From an uncultured Vampirovibrio sp. (lineage in GTDB: Bacteria > Cyanobacteriota > Vampirovibrionia > Gastranaerophilales > Gastranaerophilaceae): a stretch of DNA of 64,000 nt. The stretch is from positions 2,999-66,998 of the forward strand of contig CAZCZF010000002.1 of assembly GCA_964503025.1 (NCBI GenBank). Reading direction: 5' to 3'. A program made the translations under genes and the position numbers. Shown one piece after another: positions 38,578 to 46,903 of the stretch (positions are counted from its first letter, which is position 1; every line of letters starts with the position of its first letter). The notes beneath the pieces were generated by a model. That model did no database searches, had not been told where the DNA came from, and saw nothing but the letters and a program-made list of their open reading frames with translations.

Positions 38578-39540
38578 ATGAGCGAAACAAAAACGAAACT
38601 TGCAATTATAATTCCGTGTTTCAATGAGGAACTTGTGATAAAATCAACTATCGAAACACTTTTGAAGGTAATGGAAGAAATCATTGCAAAAGGAAAAATA
38701 TCTGACGAAAGTTATATTTACCTTGTGGATGACGGTTCTAAGGATAAGACTTGGCAAATTATAGAGGAATTGCGCAATGTTTACGGTAATAGAATAAAAG
38801 GAACAAGTTTTGTAAGAAATTACGGTAACCAAAAAGCTTTGATTGCCGGACTTATGAGTGTTAAACAAGTTGGTTGTGATTGCGTAATATCAATAGATGC
38901 CGACTTGCAACAAGATGAATATGCGATTGAAAAATTTATTGATGAATATCATAATGGTGCAGAAATTGTTTCCGGTATCCGGAATGACCGTAAGACGGAT
39001 AGTTTTTTCAAAAAGTGGTCAGCTTTGTGTTTCTATAAATTGATGAATATTCTTGGTGTGAAAATTCCGCCAAACCATTCGGACTACAGACTTGTAAGCA
39101 GCAAAGCTCTTGAAATTATGGAAAAGTATTCGGAAGCAGGATTGTTTTTGAGAGGATTTTTCCACGAAATAGGATTGAAAACGGCTTATGTCCATTTTGA
39201 TGTCAAGGCAAGACAAGCCGGATGTTCAAAATTTAATTTCTTTTCGTTAACAAGCCTTGCATTAAACGGGATTACGGCTTATAGCGTAGTACCTTTACGC
39301 ATAATAGCAGCTCTTGGGATTTTAACTGTTTTAGGAAGCTTCTTGTTTGCAGCAGACGTAATATTTGAAAAATATTTTCTGAACGACATGCCGAGCGGTT
39401 GGGCGACATTAGCTATTTTGCTAGCATTTTTTGGGGGAGTTCAATTATTTTGCTTGGGTATTATTGGCGAATACATTGGGCAAATATTCTACGAAGTAAA
39501 AGCGAGACCTCGATATATTAAAGGAAAAGAATTGTTATAA
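38578..39540 (+). CDS. GT2 polyprenyl-phosphate glycosyltransferase (ArnC/GtrB-like)
   Basis: IPCFNEE, VDDGSKD, NYGNQKAL, IDADLQ, two C-terminal TMs, GEYIGQIFYEVKARPRY. Confidence 0.9.
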   Translation: MSETKTKLAIIIPCFNEELVIKSTIETLLKVMEEIIAKGKISDESYIYLVDDGSKDKTWQIIEELRNVYGNRIKGTSFVRNYGNQKALIAGLMSVKQVGCDCVISIDADLQQDEYAIEKFIDEYHNGAEIVSGIRNDRKTDSFFKKWSALCFYKLMNILGVKIPPNHSDYRLVSSKALEIMEKYSEAGLFLRGFFHEIGLKTAYVHFDVKARQAGCSKFNFFSLTSLALNGITAYSVVPLRIIAALGILTVLGSFLFAADVIFEKYFLNDMPSGWATLAILLAFFGGVQLFCLGIIGEYIGQIFYEVKARPRYIKGKELL

Positions 39541-39873
39541 ATTTTTCCAGTGAGGTTTGAAGTTTGTAATATCTTGGAGCGTTTGTTGAAAATCTCCTTT
39601 AAATTGCAATGCCCTATCGTCAATGATAATACTAGCTCGTGGATTTTTAACATCCGTAATATTGCTTACAAATTGGTTTAGGTTGTATTTTTCCAGCCAT
39701 TTCTGAGTAGTCTCTTTGTCTCTTACAGTAAAAATTTCTATGTTATATGTCTTGGAAATCGTTTCCAAAAATTCGCTCACACCTTCTCTGGGCGGAGCTA
39801 TTTCCAATTCGTTATAATTACCGCTATATGTATTAAGTACACCATCAAGATCGATTAGCAAAGTCTTAGGCAT
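39535..39873 (-). CDS. Small HAD-superfamily hydrolase (5'(3')-nucleotidase-like)
   Basis: LLIDLDGVL and IIIDDRA motifs; ATG at 39873 follows AAGGAGG. Confidence 0.75.
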   Translation of the reverse strand: MPKTLLIDLDGVLNTYSGNYNELEIAPPREGVSEFLETISKTYNIEIFTVRDKETTQKWLEKYNLNQFVSNITDVKNPRASIIIDDRALQFKGDFQQTLQDITNFKPHWKNL

Positions 39874-40002
39874 TATACCTCCTTTGTACATTTCCGAAAA
39901 CGGAAATATATTGCCCTGCAATCATAACATATTTGTCATTCACATGCAAGAATACAATGAATTCTCGTAAAAAAATATAGGACAGCTATACATATTTAGT
40001 AT

Positions 40003-41649
40003 TTATATATTTTCAAATGAATCAATTACGACATCAACAATTGCGGTTCCATCGTGGCGTATTGCTTTTTCAAGAGCGGGTATAAGTTCTTCTTTTTTTG
40101 TAACTCTTATTGCAAACAAATCATAAGCTTCGGCAATTTTTGTAAAATCAGGGTTAATCATCTCAACTTGGAATCTGTTTGAGTATATTTTTTCTTGCAT
40201 TTGGCGCACCATACCCAAATAGCTGTTGTTCATAATGATAATTTTTACGGGAATTTTGTGTTCTCTGCAAGTTGCAAGTTCTTGTAAGTTCATTTGAAAA
40301 GAACCGTCTCCTGTAATGTTTAATATAAGATTGTCAGAGTTTGCAATGTGCGCTCCGATAGCAGCAGGAAGTCCGAATCCCATTGTGCCAAGTCCGCCGG
40401 ATGTTATAAATTTGCGTGGCTTGTTGAAGTTGAAAAACTGCGCGGTTAGCATTTGATGTTGTCCTACATCCGTTACAACGATTGGTTCATAATATTTTGT
40501 ATATTCTGAAAGTGTTGCCAATACATAAGAAGAGTGCAAATAGTCCGAAATTGTATCCGCATATTGAAAATCATCTTTGAATGTATCAATTTCTGCACGC
40601 CATTTTTCATTAATTTGTGGTGAATTTTTTTCTTGAAGGCATGCTGTCAAAAAATCTTTTACGTCAGCCTGTATTCCTAAACAAGTTTCTTGAGAGGAGT
40701 TCTGTATATTGACTGAAATGATGTCACAATTTTCTGCAAAGTTTGTTTTTTTACAAGTAGAACGGTCTGAAAATGCTGTTCCGAGGGCAATCAACAAATC
40801 GCAATGTTTTAGAGCTTCATTTGCGGCATCTACTCCATTAAGCCCAATCATTCCAAGGTATAAATCGTTTTCTGCCGGATAAATGCCAATGCCCATGAGA
40901 GTTGATACGATTGGGATTTGTAAGCGGGAAGCAAAATGTTCGATTTCAGAAGCTGCATCAATACAACCGCCCCCAACCAACAGAAGTGGTTTATTGGCAG
41001 GCTTAAGCTTTTTATAAAATTCTTTTACTGAATCAAAGAGGTTTGAATTGTTTGGCTGTATGTTGGAAGGAATGTTTTTTGATGTTTGTACAAATTCTGA
41101 TTCAAGGATATTTCTTGGTAAAATGATTACAACAGGACCTTTGACTCCGGATTCTGCTTCTTTAAAAGCATTTTTAACAAGTTCTGATATGTCTGAATTT
41201 TTCGTCAGCGTGAATGTTTTTTTGCAACAAGATTTCGTAATGGAAGCAATATCTACGTTTTGGAATATTTTTCCGTCTTTTCCGGTATTTGCAACATCGC
41301 CCGCTAAAATGACGAGAGGAGTGGAATCTGCGAATGCGTTTGCAATTCCGGTAATTGTATTTGTAAAACCTGGACCTGATGTAACTAATACGACACCGGT
41401 TTTTCCGCTAACGCGTGCGTAACCTTCTGCTGCATGTACGGCAGCTTGTTCATGTCTTACAAGATAGTGTTTGATTTTGTTAACTTTGGAAAGCTCATTA
41501 TAGATACTCAGTACTGAAGCTCCGGGGTATCCAAAAATGCTGTTTACGCCAAGTTCAAGCAGTGTCTCAACGAGAGCAGAGGCAACTGTTTTGTTTTGAG
41601 TATGTTTTTCTTGTAAAAGATTTGCCATTGTATCGCTATTATACATCAA
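40003..41649 (-). CDS. ilvB: Acetolactate synthase large subunit (ThDP-dependent)
   Basis: FGYPG, VRHEQAA, TSGPG, TSGGLGTMGFGLPAAIGA, GDGSFQMN...NN. No small-subunit gene adjacent. Confidence 0.88.
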   Translation of the reverse strand: MMYNSDTMANLLQEKHTQNKTVASALVETLLELGVNSIFGYPGASVLSIYNELSKVNKIKHYLVRHEQAAVHAAEGYARVSGKTGVVLVTSGPGFTNTITGIANAFADSTPLVILAGDVANTGKDGKIFQNVDIASITKSCCKKTFTLTKNSDISELVKNAFKEAESGVKGPVVIILPRNILESEFVQTSKNIPSNIQPNNSNLFDSVKEFYKKLKPANKPLLLVGGGCIDAASEIEHFASRLQIPIVSTLMGIGIYPAENDLYLGMIGLNGVDAANEALKHCDLLIALGTAFSDRSTCKKTNFAENCDIISVNIQNSSQETCLGIQADVKDFLTACLQEKNSPQINEKWRAEIDTFKDDFQYADTISDYLHSSYVLATLSEYTKYYEPIVVTDVGQHQMLTAQFFNFNKPRKFITSGGLGTMGFGLPAAIGAHIANSDNLILNITGDGSFQMNLQELATCREHKIPVKIIIMNNSYLGMVRQMQEKIYSNRFQVEMINPDFTKIAEAYDLFAIRVTKKEELIPALEKAIRHDGTAIVDVVIDSFENI

Positions 41650-41673
41650 AGAGGTATTTTTTAAAATAAAGAC

Positions 41674-41702
41674 TTGATTTATGATTTTGTTTCAAGTAAT
41701 AT
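41674..41702 (+). promoter_or_regulatory. Sigma70-type promoter upstream of the tRNA-Pro locus
   Basis: TTGATT-N17-TAATAT. Confidence 0.6.
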
Positions 41703-41746
41703 AGTCATGCACTGGTCGTTGAATCGCGCTTGTGTTTGAAAATTGG

Positions 41747-41761
41747 ATATCGGGATGTAGC
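41747..41761 (+). repeat. 15-bp direct copy of the tRNA-Pro 5' end plus 4 nt of leader
   Basis: ATATCGGGATGTAGC at 41747-41761 is identical to 41881-41895. Confidence 0.9.
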
Positions 41762-41884
41762 AAGGACTCCACGGAAAACGATTAAGTATCGTTTGTAGTG
41801 GAGGGAGGCGAGTCAGTAAGCAAAGCTTAATGCGAGCCGTATAAAGATCGACCAAACTGCATTCCAACTTCGAAATCTGAATAT

Positions 41885-41961
41885 CGGGATGTAGCGCAGT
41901 TTGGTAGCGCACCTCGCTTGGGACGAGGGGGTCGCACGTTCGAATCGTGTCATCCCGACCA
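41885..41961 (+). tRNA. tRNA-Pro (anticodon TGG), CCA encoded
   Basis: CGGGATG/CATCCCG acceptor stem; anticodon arm CCTCG-CTTGGGA-CGAGG; T loop GTTCGAATC; ACCA end. Confidence 0.97.
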
Positions 41962-41964
41962 TTT

Positions 41965-41996
41965 AAAAAAGACTTGCAAAAGTGCAGGTCTTTTTT
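41965..41996 (+). terminator. Intrinsic terminator after tRNA-Pro
   Basis: AAAAAAGACTTGCA-aaag-TGCAGGTCTTTTTT. Confidence 0.85.
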
Positions 41997-42022
41997 GTTT
42001 TTTGTTTATATTTTAGTCTTTT

Positions 42023-42146
42023 TGACACGATTCGAACTTCGAGGTTTGGTGGATATCTCTTTGAGGTCTGCTTGTAGATATACGTTGTATTAGCGGTATT
42101 AGTTTTGCAGACCGACAGTATATCTACGTGTGTAGCACTCGTGTCA
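42023..42146. repeat. 124-bp miniature element bounded by tRNA-derived inverted repeats TGACACGA/TCGTGTCA
   Basis: 42023-42037 is the exact reverse complement of tRNA-Pro 41938-41952; internal inverted repeats GTAGATATAC/GTATATCTAC and GGTCTGC/GCAGACC. Confidence 0.65.
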
Positions 42147-42204
42147 TCCCGACCATTTAAAAAAGACTTGCAGAAATGCAGGTCTTTTTTGTTTTTTTGT
42201 TTTA
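42139..42204 (+). repeat. Direct duplicate of the tRNA-Pro 3' end plus terminator
   Basis: Matches 41945-42009 except for two loop substitutions and one T-run indel. Confidence 0.92.
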
Positions 42205-42259
42205 TTTATACATTAATTTTAGTTAATATGTTTTGAATTGTAAAATTTTGTTATTTGGT

Positions 42260-42298
42260 AAAAAGTTGCGGATGATATGATATACCGCCCGCAACTTT
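42260..42298 (-). terminator. Terminator after the MFS gene
   Basis: AAAGTTGCGG ... CCGCAACTTT inverted repeat, T-run on the minus strand. Confidence 0.7.
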
Positions 42299-42316
42299 AA
42301 TTTGTTTAGAAATTTA

Positions 42317-43711
42317 TTAACAAGTTTTTTTCTTTTCTTTTTGCCAAAGGATTATACATATTGATAACGATATTAATGCTGAAAGAATCCAGAAATTAAT
42401 TGCGCTGTTCCAAGAAAATTTATCAATAATATAACCTGTTCCTACTCCTGATAGAATTGCGCCTATGTATCCAAACATGCCACAGAAGCCGGTTACTGCG
42501 GAAGCAACTTTTTTGGAGCTGGATTCTACAGCCGATAGACCGCCAATTAATACTTGCGGACCGCAGGTAAATACACCTATAGCTGAAATATATACATAAT
42601 CTAATACAGGGATTTGGTTTACTTTGAATAAGTATACACAAACTGCAAGTATGCTTAAGCAGATTATGTTAACAGGAGCTCTTTTCCCTTTAAAGAATTT
42701 ATCTGAAACGAATCCGGCGCCAATTGTTCCGAGAACACCAACCAGAGGTAAAAAGCTTAGTCTTTTCGCTGCAGCGGCAAGAGTATAATGTTTTTCATCA
42801 ACTTGGTACATAACAAGCCAGTCGATTGTTCCGTATCTAACAACGTAAACGAAAATATAAGCTAATGCTAAAAGCCAAACCGTAGGATTTTGTATAATAT
42901 ATTTTTTGAAAATTTGTCCATAAGTAAGTCCATCTTCTTCTGTTGTTTTTGCTTCGCATTCAACATAATTCGGGTCCTTGTAAATCTCAATATCAGGAAG
43001 TCCGATACTTGTCGGTTTGTCTTGCAAATTTTTGTAGAAGAAGTAGCAAAATACCATTGCCATAATAGCAGGAACGTAGAATACTGATTCCCAACCGTAT
43101 TTTGTGATTAAAAATCCTGATAAAATAACGCTTAAGTATGTTCCTACTTCGTGAGAAGATGACCATAATGACCATTTTACACCGCGTTCTTTGTTGGCAA
43201 ACCAGTACGAAAGGTTTTTGGCAATTGGTGGAAAACCCATTGATTGAAACCAACCGTTAACACCCCATAAAAATGCTAAAAACCACAATAGAATTGAAAC
43301 CGGAGGAAGTCCGAAAATAGAAACTTTTTCAGATGGTACGAAATGAGCACATACGACAAACAGAATATTTGTTAGAGCCGATATAAACAGTGCAGTCGGT
43401 AGGATGCGTTTAACATTTGTATTATCGGCAACGATTCCGTTGACAAATTTACCTATTGCGTAAGAAAAATATAATGAACTTCCTAATAATCCAAGTTCAA
43501 CGGTGTTATAACCGAGTGCTTGTTGCATCACGGGTAAAGCTACCGAGATGTTTTTTCTGCAAGTGTAAAAAAGAATGTAGCCAAAGAACATCGACAAAAA
43601 TATTCTCATTCTCCACTTTGCGTACAATTTATCGACTAATTCTTTATCTTGAATTGGCTCAATTGCCGGAGGTTCTTTAAAAAAGTTTTTTAGTGTTGTC
43701 AGTATACTCAT
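42317..43711 (-). CDS. MFS organophosphate:Pi antiporter (GlpT/UhpC family)
   Basis: YILFYTCRKN, GVNGWFQSMGFPP, ERG...WSSSHEVG, YVVRYG, FGYIG. Confidence 0.9.
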   Translation of the reverse strand: MSILTTLKNFFKEPPAIEPIQDKELVDKLYAKWRMRIFLSMFFGYILFYTCRKNISVALPVMQQALGYNTVELGLLGSSLYFSYAIGKFVNGIVADNTNVKRILPTALFISALTNILFVVCAHFVPSEKVSIFGLPPVSILLWFLAFLWGVNGWFQSMGFPPIAKNLSYWFANKERGVKWSLWSSSHEVGTYLSVILSGFLITKYGWESVFYVPAIMAMVFCYFFYKNLQDKPTSIGLPDIEIYKDPNYVECEAKTTEEDGLTYGQIFKKYIIQNPTVWLLALAYIFVYVVRYGTIDWLVMYQVDEKHYTLAAAAKRLSFLPLVGVLGTIGAGFVSDKFFKGKRAPVNIICLSILAVCVYLFKVNQIPVLDYVYISAIGVFTCGPQVLIGGLSAVESSSKKVASAVTGFCGMFGYIGAILSGVGTGYIIDKFSWNSAINFWILSALISLSICIILWQKEKKKTC

Positions 43712-43942
43712 TTTTATCTCCCTTATGTTTTTTTTAATTTTATCATAAATAAATAAGTAAGGTTATTGCTATTATTTTATTTTGCTATACAATAAAAGGT
43801 ATTCGGGATTGAGATGTGTATTCCAAGACAACACGAAATTTCATGTGTGTAGCATTAACAAATGTTAACATTTTTGTTTCAAAGAGGCAATTTTTGATGT
43901 TGTCTAAGCTTTATATATATAGGAAGGTATCTTGGAAAGCGT

Positions 43943-45388
43943 ATGAAAGTAGATAAGATTTATCAAAATTATGAAAGTAGCGGTCGTTATAAACTACGCA
44001 AATCCGGTAGTTATAACGTAAACTTTGCCCAGAAGATGCCTTTGAGCGATAGAATAATGGATGGTTTACCTGACAAAAAATTAATAAAAATGATGAAGAG
44101 TTGGGAATGGTTAAAAGGGGAGATTGGCGGTATTTTAATTACTGCAATCGGTACTGGTGTGGTAGCTCCTTGGCCAATTGCGTATAATCCGTTTGTAAAA
44201 GCTCCGAAAGATGCGACAGAACAAGAGAAAATTGATTTAGAAAATACTAAAAAGTATACTGCTCTCAGACAGCCGATTTCTGCAATTCTTGCAATTTTAT
44301 TTCAAGTAAGCGCATTAAAACCTATCGATAAAGTATTAGATATTGTGTTTAACAAGCCTGAATGGGCAAATGAACGATTTAATGTCGGAATACATGTTAA
44401 TCAATCGGTAATTAACGGCAAGTCATATATAGAAAAATTGGCTAAGCAAAAAATAAAAAATGAGAATCCTTCTTTAAAAGGCAAAGAGTATGATGAATTA
44501 CTATCTGCAACAAAGAGTGAAATAGAAAGTTCTCAAGTGAATAAAGTTGCAGAGAATTTCAAAAAAACCGGTAAAATAATGATTGGTGAAAAAGCTTTGG
44601 ATAATAAATCTCTGGCAGAATTAATTAATCGACAAATTGAAGAGTATATTAATGACGCAAAAGCTTTGAAAATAGATAATGAAAAATTGGCATACTATTC
44701 AGAAAGAGCAAAAATTTTAATAGGGAATGAAGCGCATTTAAAAGAGATGTTTAAAGATGCTCCTAATGATAAATCCAAGATAACGGATTTCGTAAAAAAT
44801 CTTTATGCAAAGGAAAAAAATCCTGATGTAAAGATGTTGTTGGAGGAAATATTGGAAAGGCCTTCTGATATACAGTATAGCAGAATTACAAGAACATTGG
44901 ACAGAATACAAAATATAAAAAATATGTGTGGCGGTGAATATACATACGAAAAATATTTTGATGCTATGTCAACTCGTAATACAAAATTGGATAACATAAT
45001 TACAGACTTAATGCATATAAAGATAGTGAAACCTAAGTTGGCTTCAAATGCTCAAATTAATGAATCAATGAAAAAGGTTATTGAAACTTGTCGTTTTGAT
45101 AAATCGGACAAATTGATGAATACAATATTGCATGATACCAATACATTTAACTTTGACAAAGAAAAACTTTCAAATAAGGTTTATAAGGATACTGCCAAAC
45201 AATATAAAGACTTTGTAAGAAACCACTATAAAGGGTTGAATCAGATTATAAAAATACTTATTGGTGTTTGCATTACATTGCCAATTACTTGTAATGTTTT
45301 GAACTGGGTATATCCTAAAGTAATGGATAAATTTTTCCCGAAATTAGCCGGAGCTAAAAAGGCACAAAAAGAAAGGGAGGATAAATAA
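43943..45388 (+). CDS. Hypothetical membrane protein with a large soluble insertion
   Basis: Two hydrophobic helices near the N-terminus, ~280-aa charged helical region, C-terminal hydrophobic helix. Confidence 0.7.
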   Translation: MKVDKIYQNYESSGRYKLRKSGSYNVNFAQKMPLSDRIMDGLPDKKLIKMMKSWEWLKGEIGGILITAIGTGVVAPWPIAYNPFVKAPKDATEQEKIDLENTKKYTALRQPISAILAILFQVSALKPIDKVLDIVFNKPEWANERFNVGIHVNQSVINGKSYIEKLAKQKIKNENPSLKGKEYDELLSATKSEIESSQVNKVAENFKKTGKIMIGEKALDNKSLAELINRQIEEYINDAKALKIDNEKLAYYSERAKILIGNEAHLKEMFKDAPNDKSKITDFVKNLYAKEKNPDVKMLLEEILERPSDIQYSRITRTLDRIQNIKNMCGGEYTYEKYFDAMSTRNTKLDNIITDLMHIKIVKPKLASNAQINESMKKVIETCRFDKSDKLMNTILHDTNTFNFDKEKLSNKVYKDTAKQYKDFVRNHYKGLNQIIKILIGVCITLPITCNVLNWVYPKVMDKFFPKLAGAKKAQKEREDK

Positions 45389-46098
45389 TGAAAATTGATA
45401 ATTCATCCTTCATTTCTAAAATGGTAAATTATGGTGCAAATGCTGTCGGTTCTGTAACGCGTACAAAGCCTATAAAATGGCTTGGAGATCAGTTCCAAAA
45501 GAATCCTGAAAAAGCGTTGGCTTATACAACCGGAGCTTCAATTGTTATCAAAGATGGTGTTGGTTGTTTTAAATATGTAAGTCAATCTTTGAATAACAAA
45601 GAAATTCCTGATGAAAGAAGAAATTTTGTTGCAGCAATGGATTTGTCAAATGGTCTTTTGATGATTCTTGCTCAGATAGGAATGTTCTTTGCAATGAGAA
45701 AATACAGTGGACCTATTTTTGATAAGTTGTTCAAAAAATCATTTAACCCAAAAGCTTTGGAAAACTTGGCTGCAAAATTGAGAAATGAAGATCATTCTAT
45801 CAGAAAGTTGGTGTTTAACAAAGAAGCTGAAAAAGTAAGAAAAGAATCATTGGATTTGTTCAAGTTTGTTGTTGATATTGCTGCTGCTACAATTATCGGT
45901 AAACGTATTATAGTTCCGTTTGTTGCGACTCCGGTAGCAAACGTTGTTAAAGACAAGATGGATAAAATAACTAAAGAAGAAGAAATAGATGATTCGGATG
46001 ACAATGATAAGATTGAAAAAGAAGATTATAATGAACAAATAGAAGAAAACACGAAAACTAAAGAAGCCGATGATGACGACGATGACGATGATGATTAA
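45388..46098 (+). CDS. Hypothetical membrane protein with poly-Asp C-terminal tail
   Basis: TAATG-coupled to the upstream gene; three hydrophobic segments; ends EADDDDDDDD. Confidence 0.7.
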   Translation: MKIDNSSFISKMVNYGANAVGSVTRTKPIKWLGDQFQKNPEKALAYTTGASIVIKDGVGCFKYVSQSLNNKEIPDERRNFVAAMDLSNGLLMILAQIGMFFAMRKYSGPIFDKLFKKSFNPKALENLAAKLRNEDHSIRKLVFNKEAEKVRKESLDLFKFVVDIAAATIIGKRIIVPFVATPVANVVKDKMDKITKEEEIDDSDDNDKIEKEDYNEQIEENTKTKEADDDDDDDDD

Positions 46099-46237
46099 AT
46101 AATTATCGGTTGGCAATTGTGAAGTGTGTTATGTTTTTTAAAAGGGACTGTTGTTCCATTGCTTTAAATTAGATAAATATTAAGATTTTTCATTGTTTTT
46201 ATTTTTGTTACAAAAGTTAATTGAATAATTATGTTTT

Positions 46238-46255
46238 ATTTCCGCATGCGGAAAT
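46238..46255. promoter_or_regulatory. Perfect 18-bp palindrome upstream of the XRE gene (candidate operator)
   Basis: ATTTCCGCATGCGGAAAT, 33 nt before the ATG. Confidence 0.55.
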
Positions 46256-46288
46256 CATTATTTTTAAGAAGGCATTATTATAGTAGCT

Positions 46289-46537
46289 ATGTGGGATGAT
46301 AATGTTGATATACAAAAAATTGTAGGACGCGTTATACGTGCAGAGAGAAAACGGCGCGGCTTTAAGTTTACTTTGTTTTGTTATGAACATGGTATTCCCA
46401 CAACTACACTTTATATGTTGGAACAGGGCAATAGAAAAATAAGAGTTGATAATTTGTTTAATGTTGTAAATGCTTTGGGTTTAAGTTTTGCTGAATTTGG
46501 TGCTTTAGTAGACAAAGAACTTGCTCAAAATATGTAG
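46289..46537 (+). CDS. XRE-family HTH transcriptional regulator
   Basis: VGRVIRAERKRRG...LYMLEQGNRKIRVDNLFNVVNALG. Confidence 0.8.
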   Translation: MWDDNVDIQKIVGRVIRAERKRRGFKFTLFCYEHGIPTTTLYMLEQGNRKIRVDNLFNVVNALGLSFAEFGALVDKELAQNM

Positions 46538-46570
46538 TTTCTTATTCAATTCTCATGTTAGAATGTTGCT

Positions 46571-46903
46571 ATGGGAAATAAATTGTTGAAATGTCATTAT
46601 TCTTTATTGCCGGCATTTGATACTGATGAACCAGTTAGGGATGCCATGCTTGCAGGAGTGAAAATTACAGGCGTAACTTTTTATTATGAAAATCCTCTCA
46701 AAATAATTGCACAGTACCCTATTTTTATTACAAATGATATGCACTATGAGGATGTTGTACAGCAGCTTACTTATCTTGAACAAGTCTTACGTCCGTTCAT
46801 TGTGGAAAAAATAGCAAAAAATGAGCCGATTGAGCTTAAATCTATGTTGAAACAAAACGGATGTGGTGGTAATTGCAAGGGGTGTGGCGGATGCAAAAGT
46901 TAA
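46571..46903 (+). CDS. Degenerate PurN-like (formyltransferase C-terminal half) protein with Cys-rich tail
   Basis: CHYSLLPAF...VRDAMLAGVKITGVTF...IIAQ matches the NIHPSLLP...GxKxTGxTVH...II.Q pattern; ends GCGGNCKGCGGCKS. Confidence 0.65.
   Translation: MGNKLLKCHYSLLPAFDTDEPVRDAMLAGVKITGVTFYYENPLKIIAQYPIFITNDMHYEDVVQQLTYLEQVLRPFIVEKIAKNEPIELKSMLKQNGCGGNCKGCGGCKS

Noticed and set aside
41679-41912. 77-aa minus-strand ORF from the track
   Set aside because: Antisense to the tRNA-Pro and its leader; no RBS or protein-like features.
41747-42204. CRISPR array or a second tRNA-Pro gene
   Set aside because: Only two copies of each repeat with unequal spacing and no cas genes; the duplicates cover only the 5' 11 nt or the 3' 17 nt of the tRNA and cannot form a cloverleaf.
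43814-43852. 12-codon ORF MCIPRQHEISCV in the divergent intergenic region
   Set aside because: No convincing RBS and too short to support.
46070-46095. GAT/GAC microsatellite as a functional DNA repeat
   Set aside because: Mixed GAT/GAC codons encode a poly-Asp tail; selection appears to be at the protein level.
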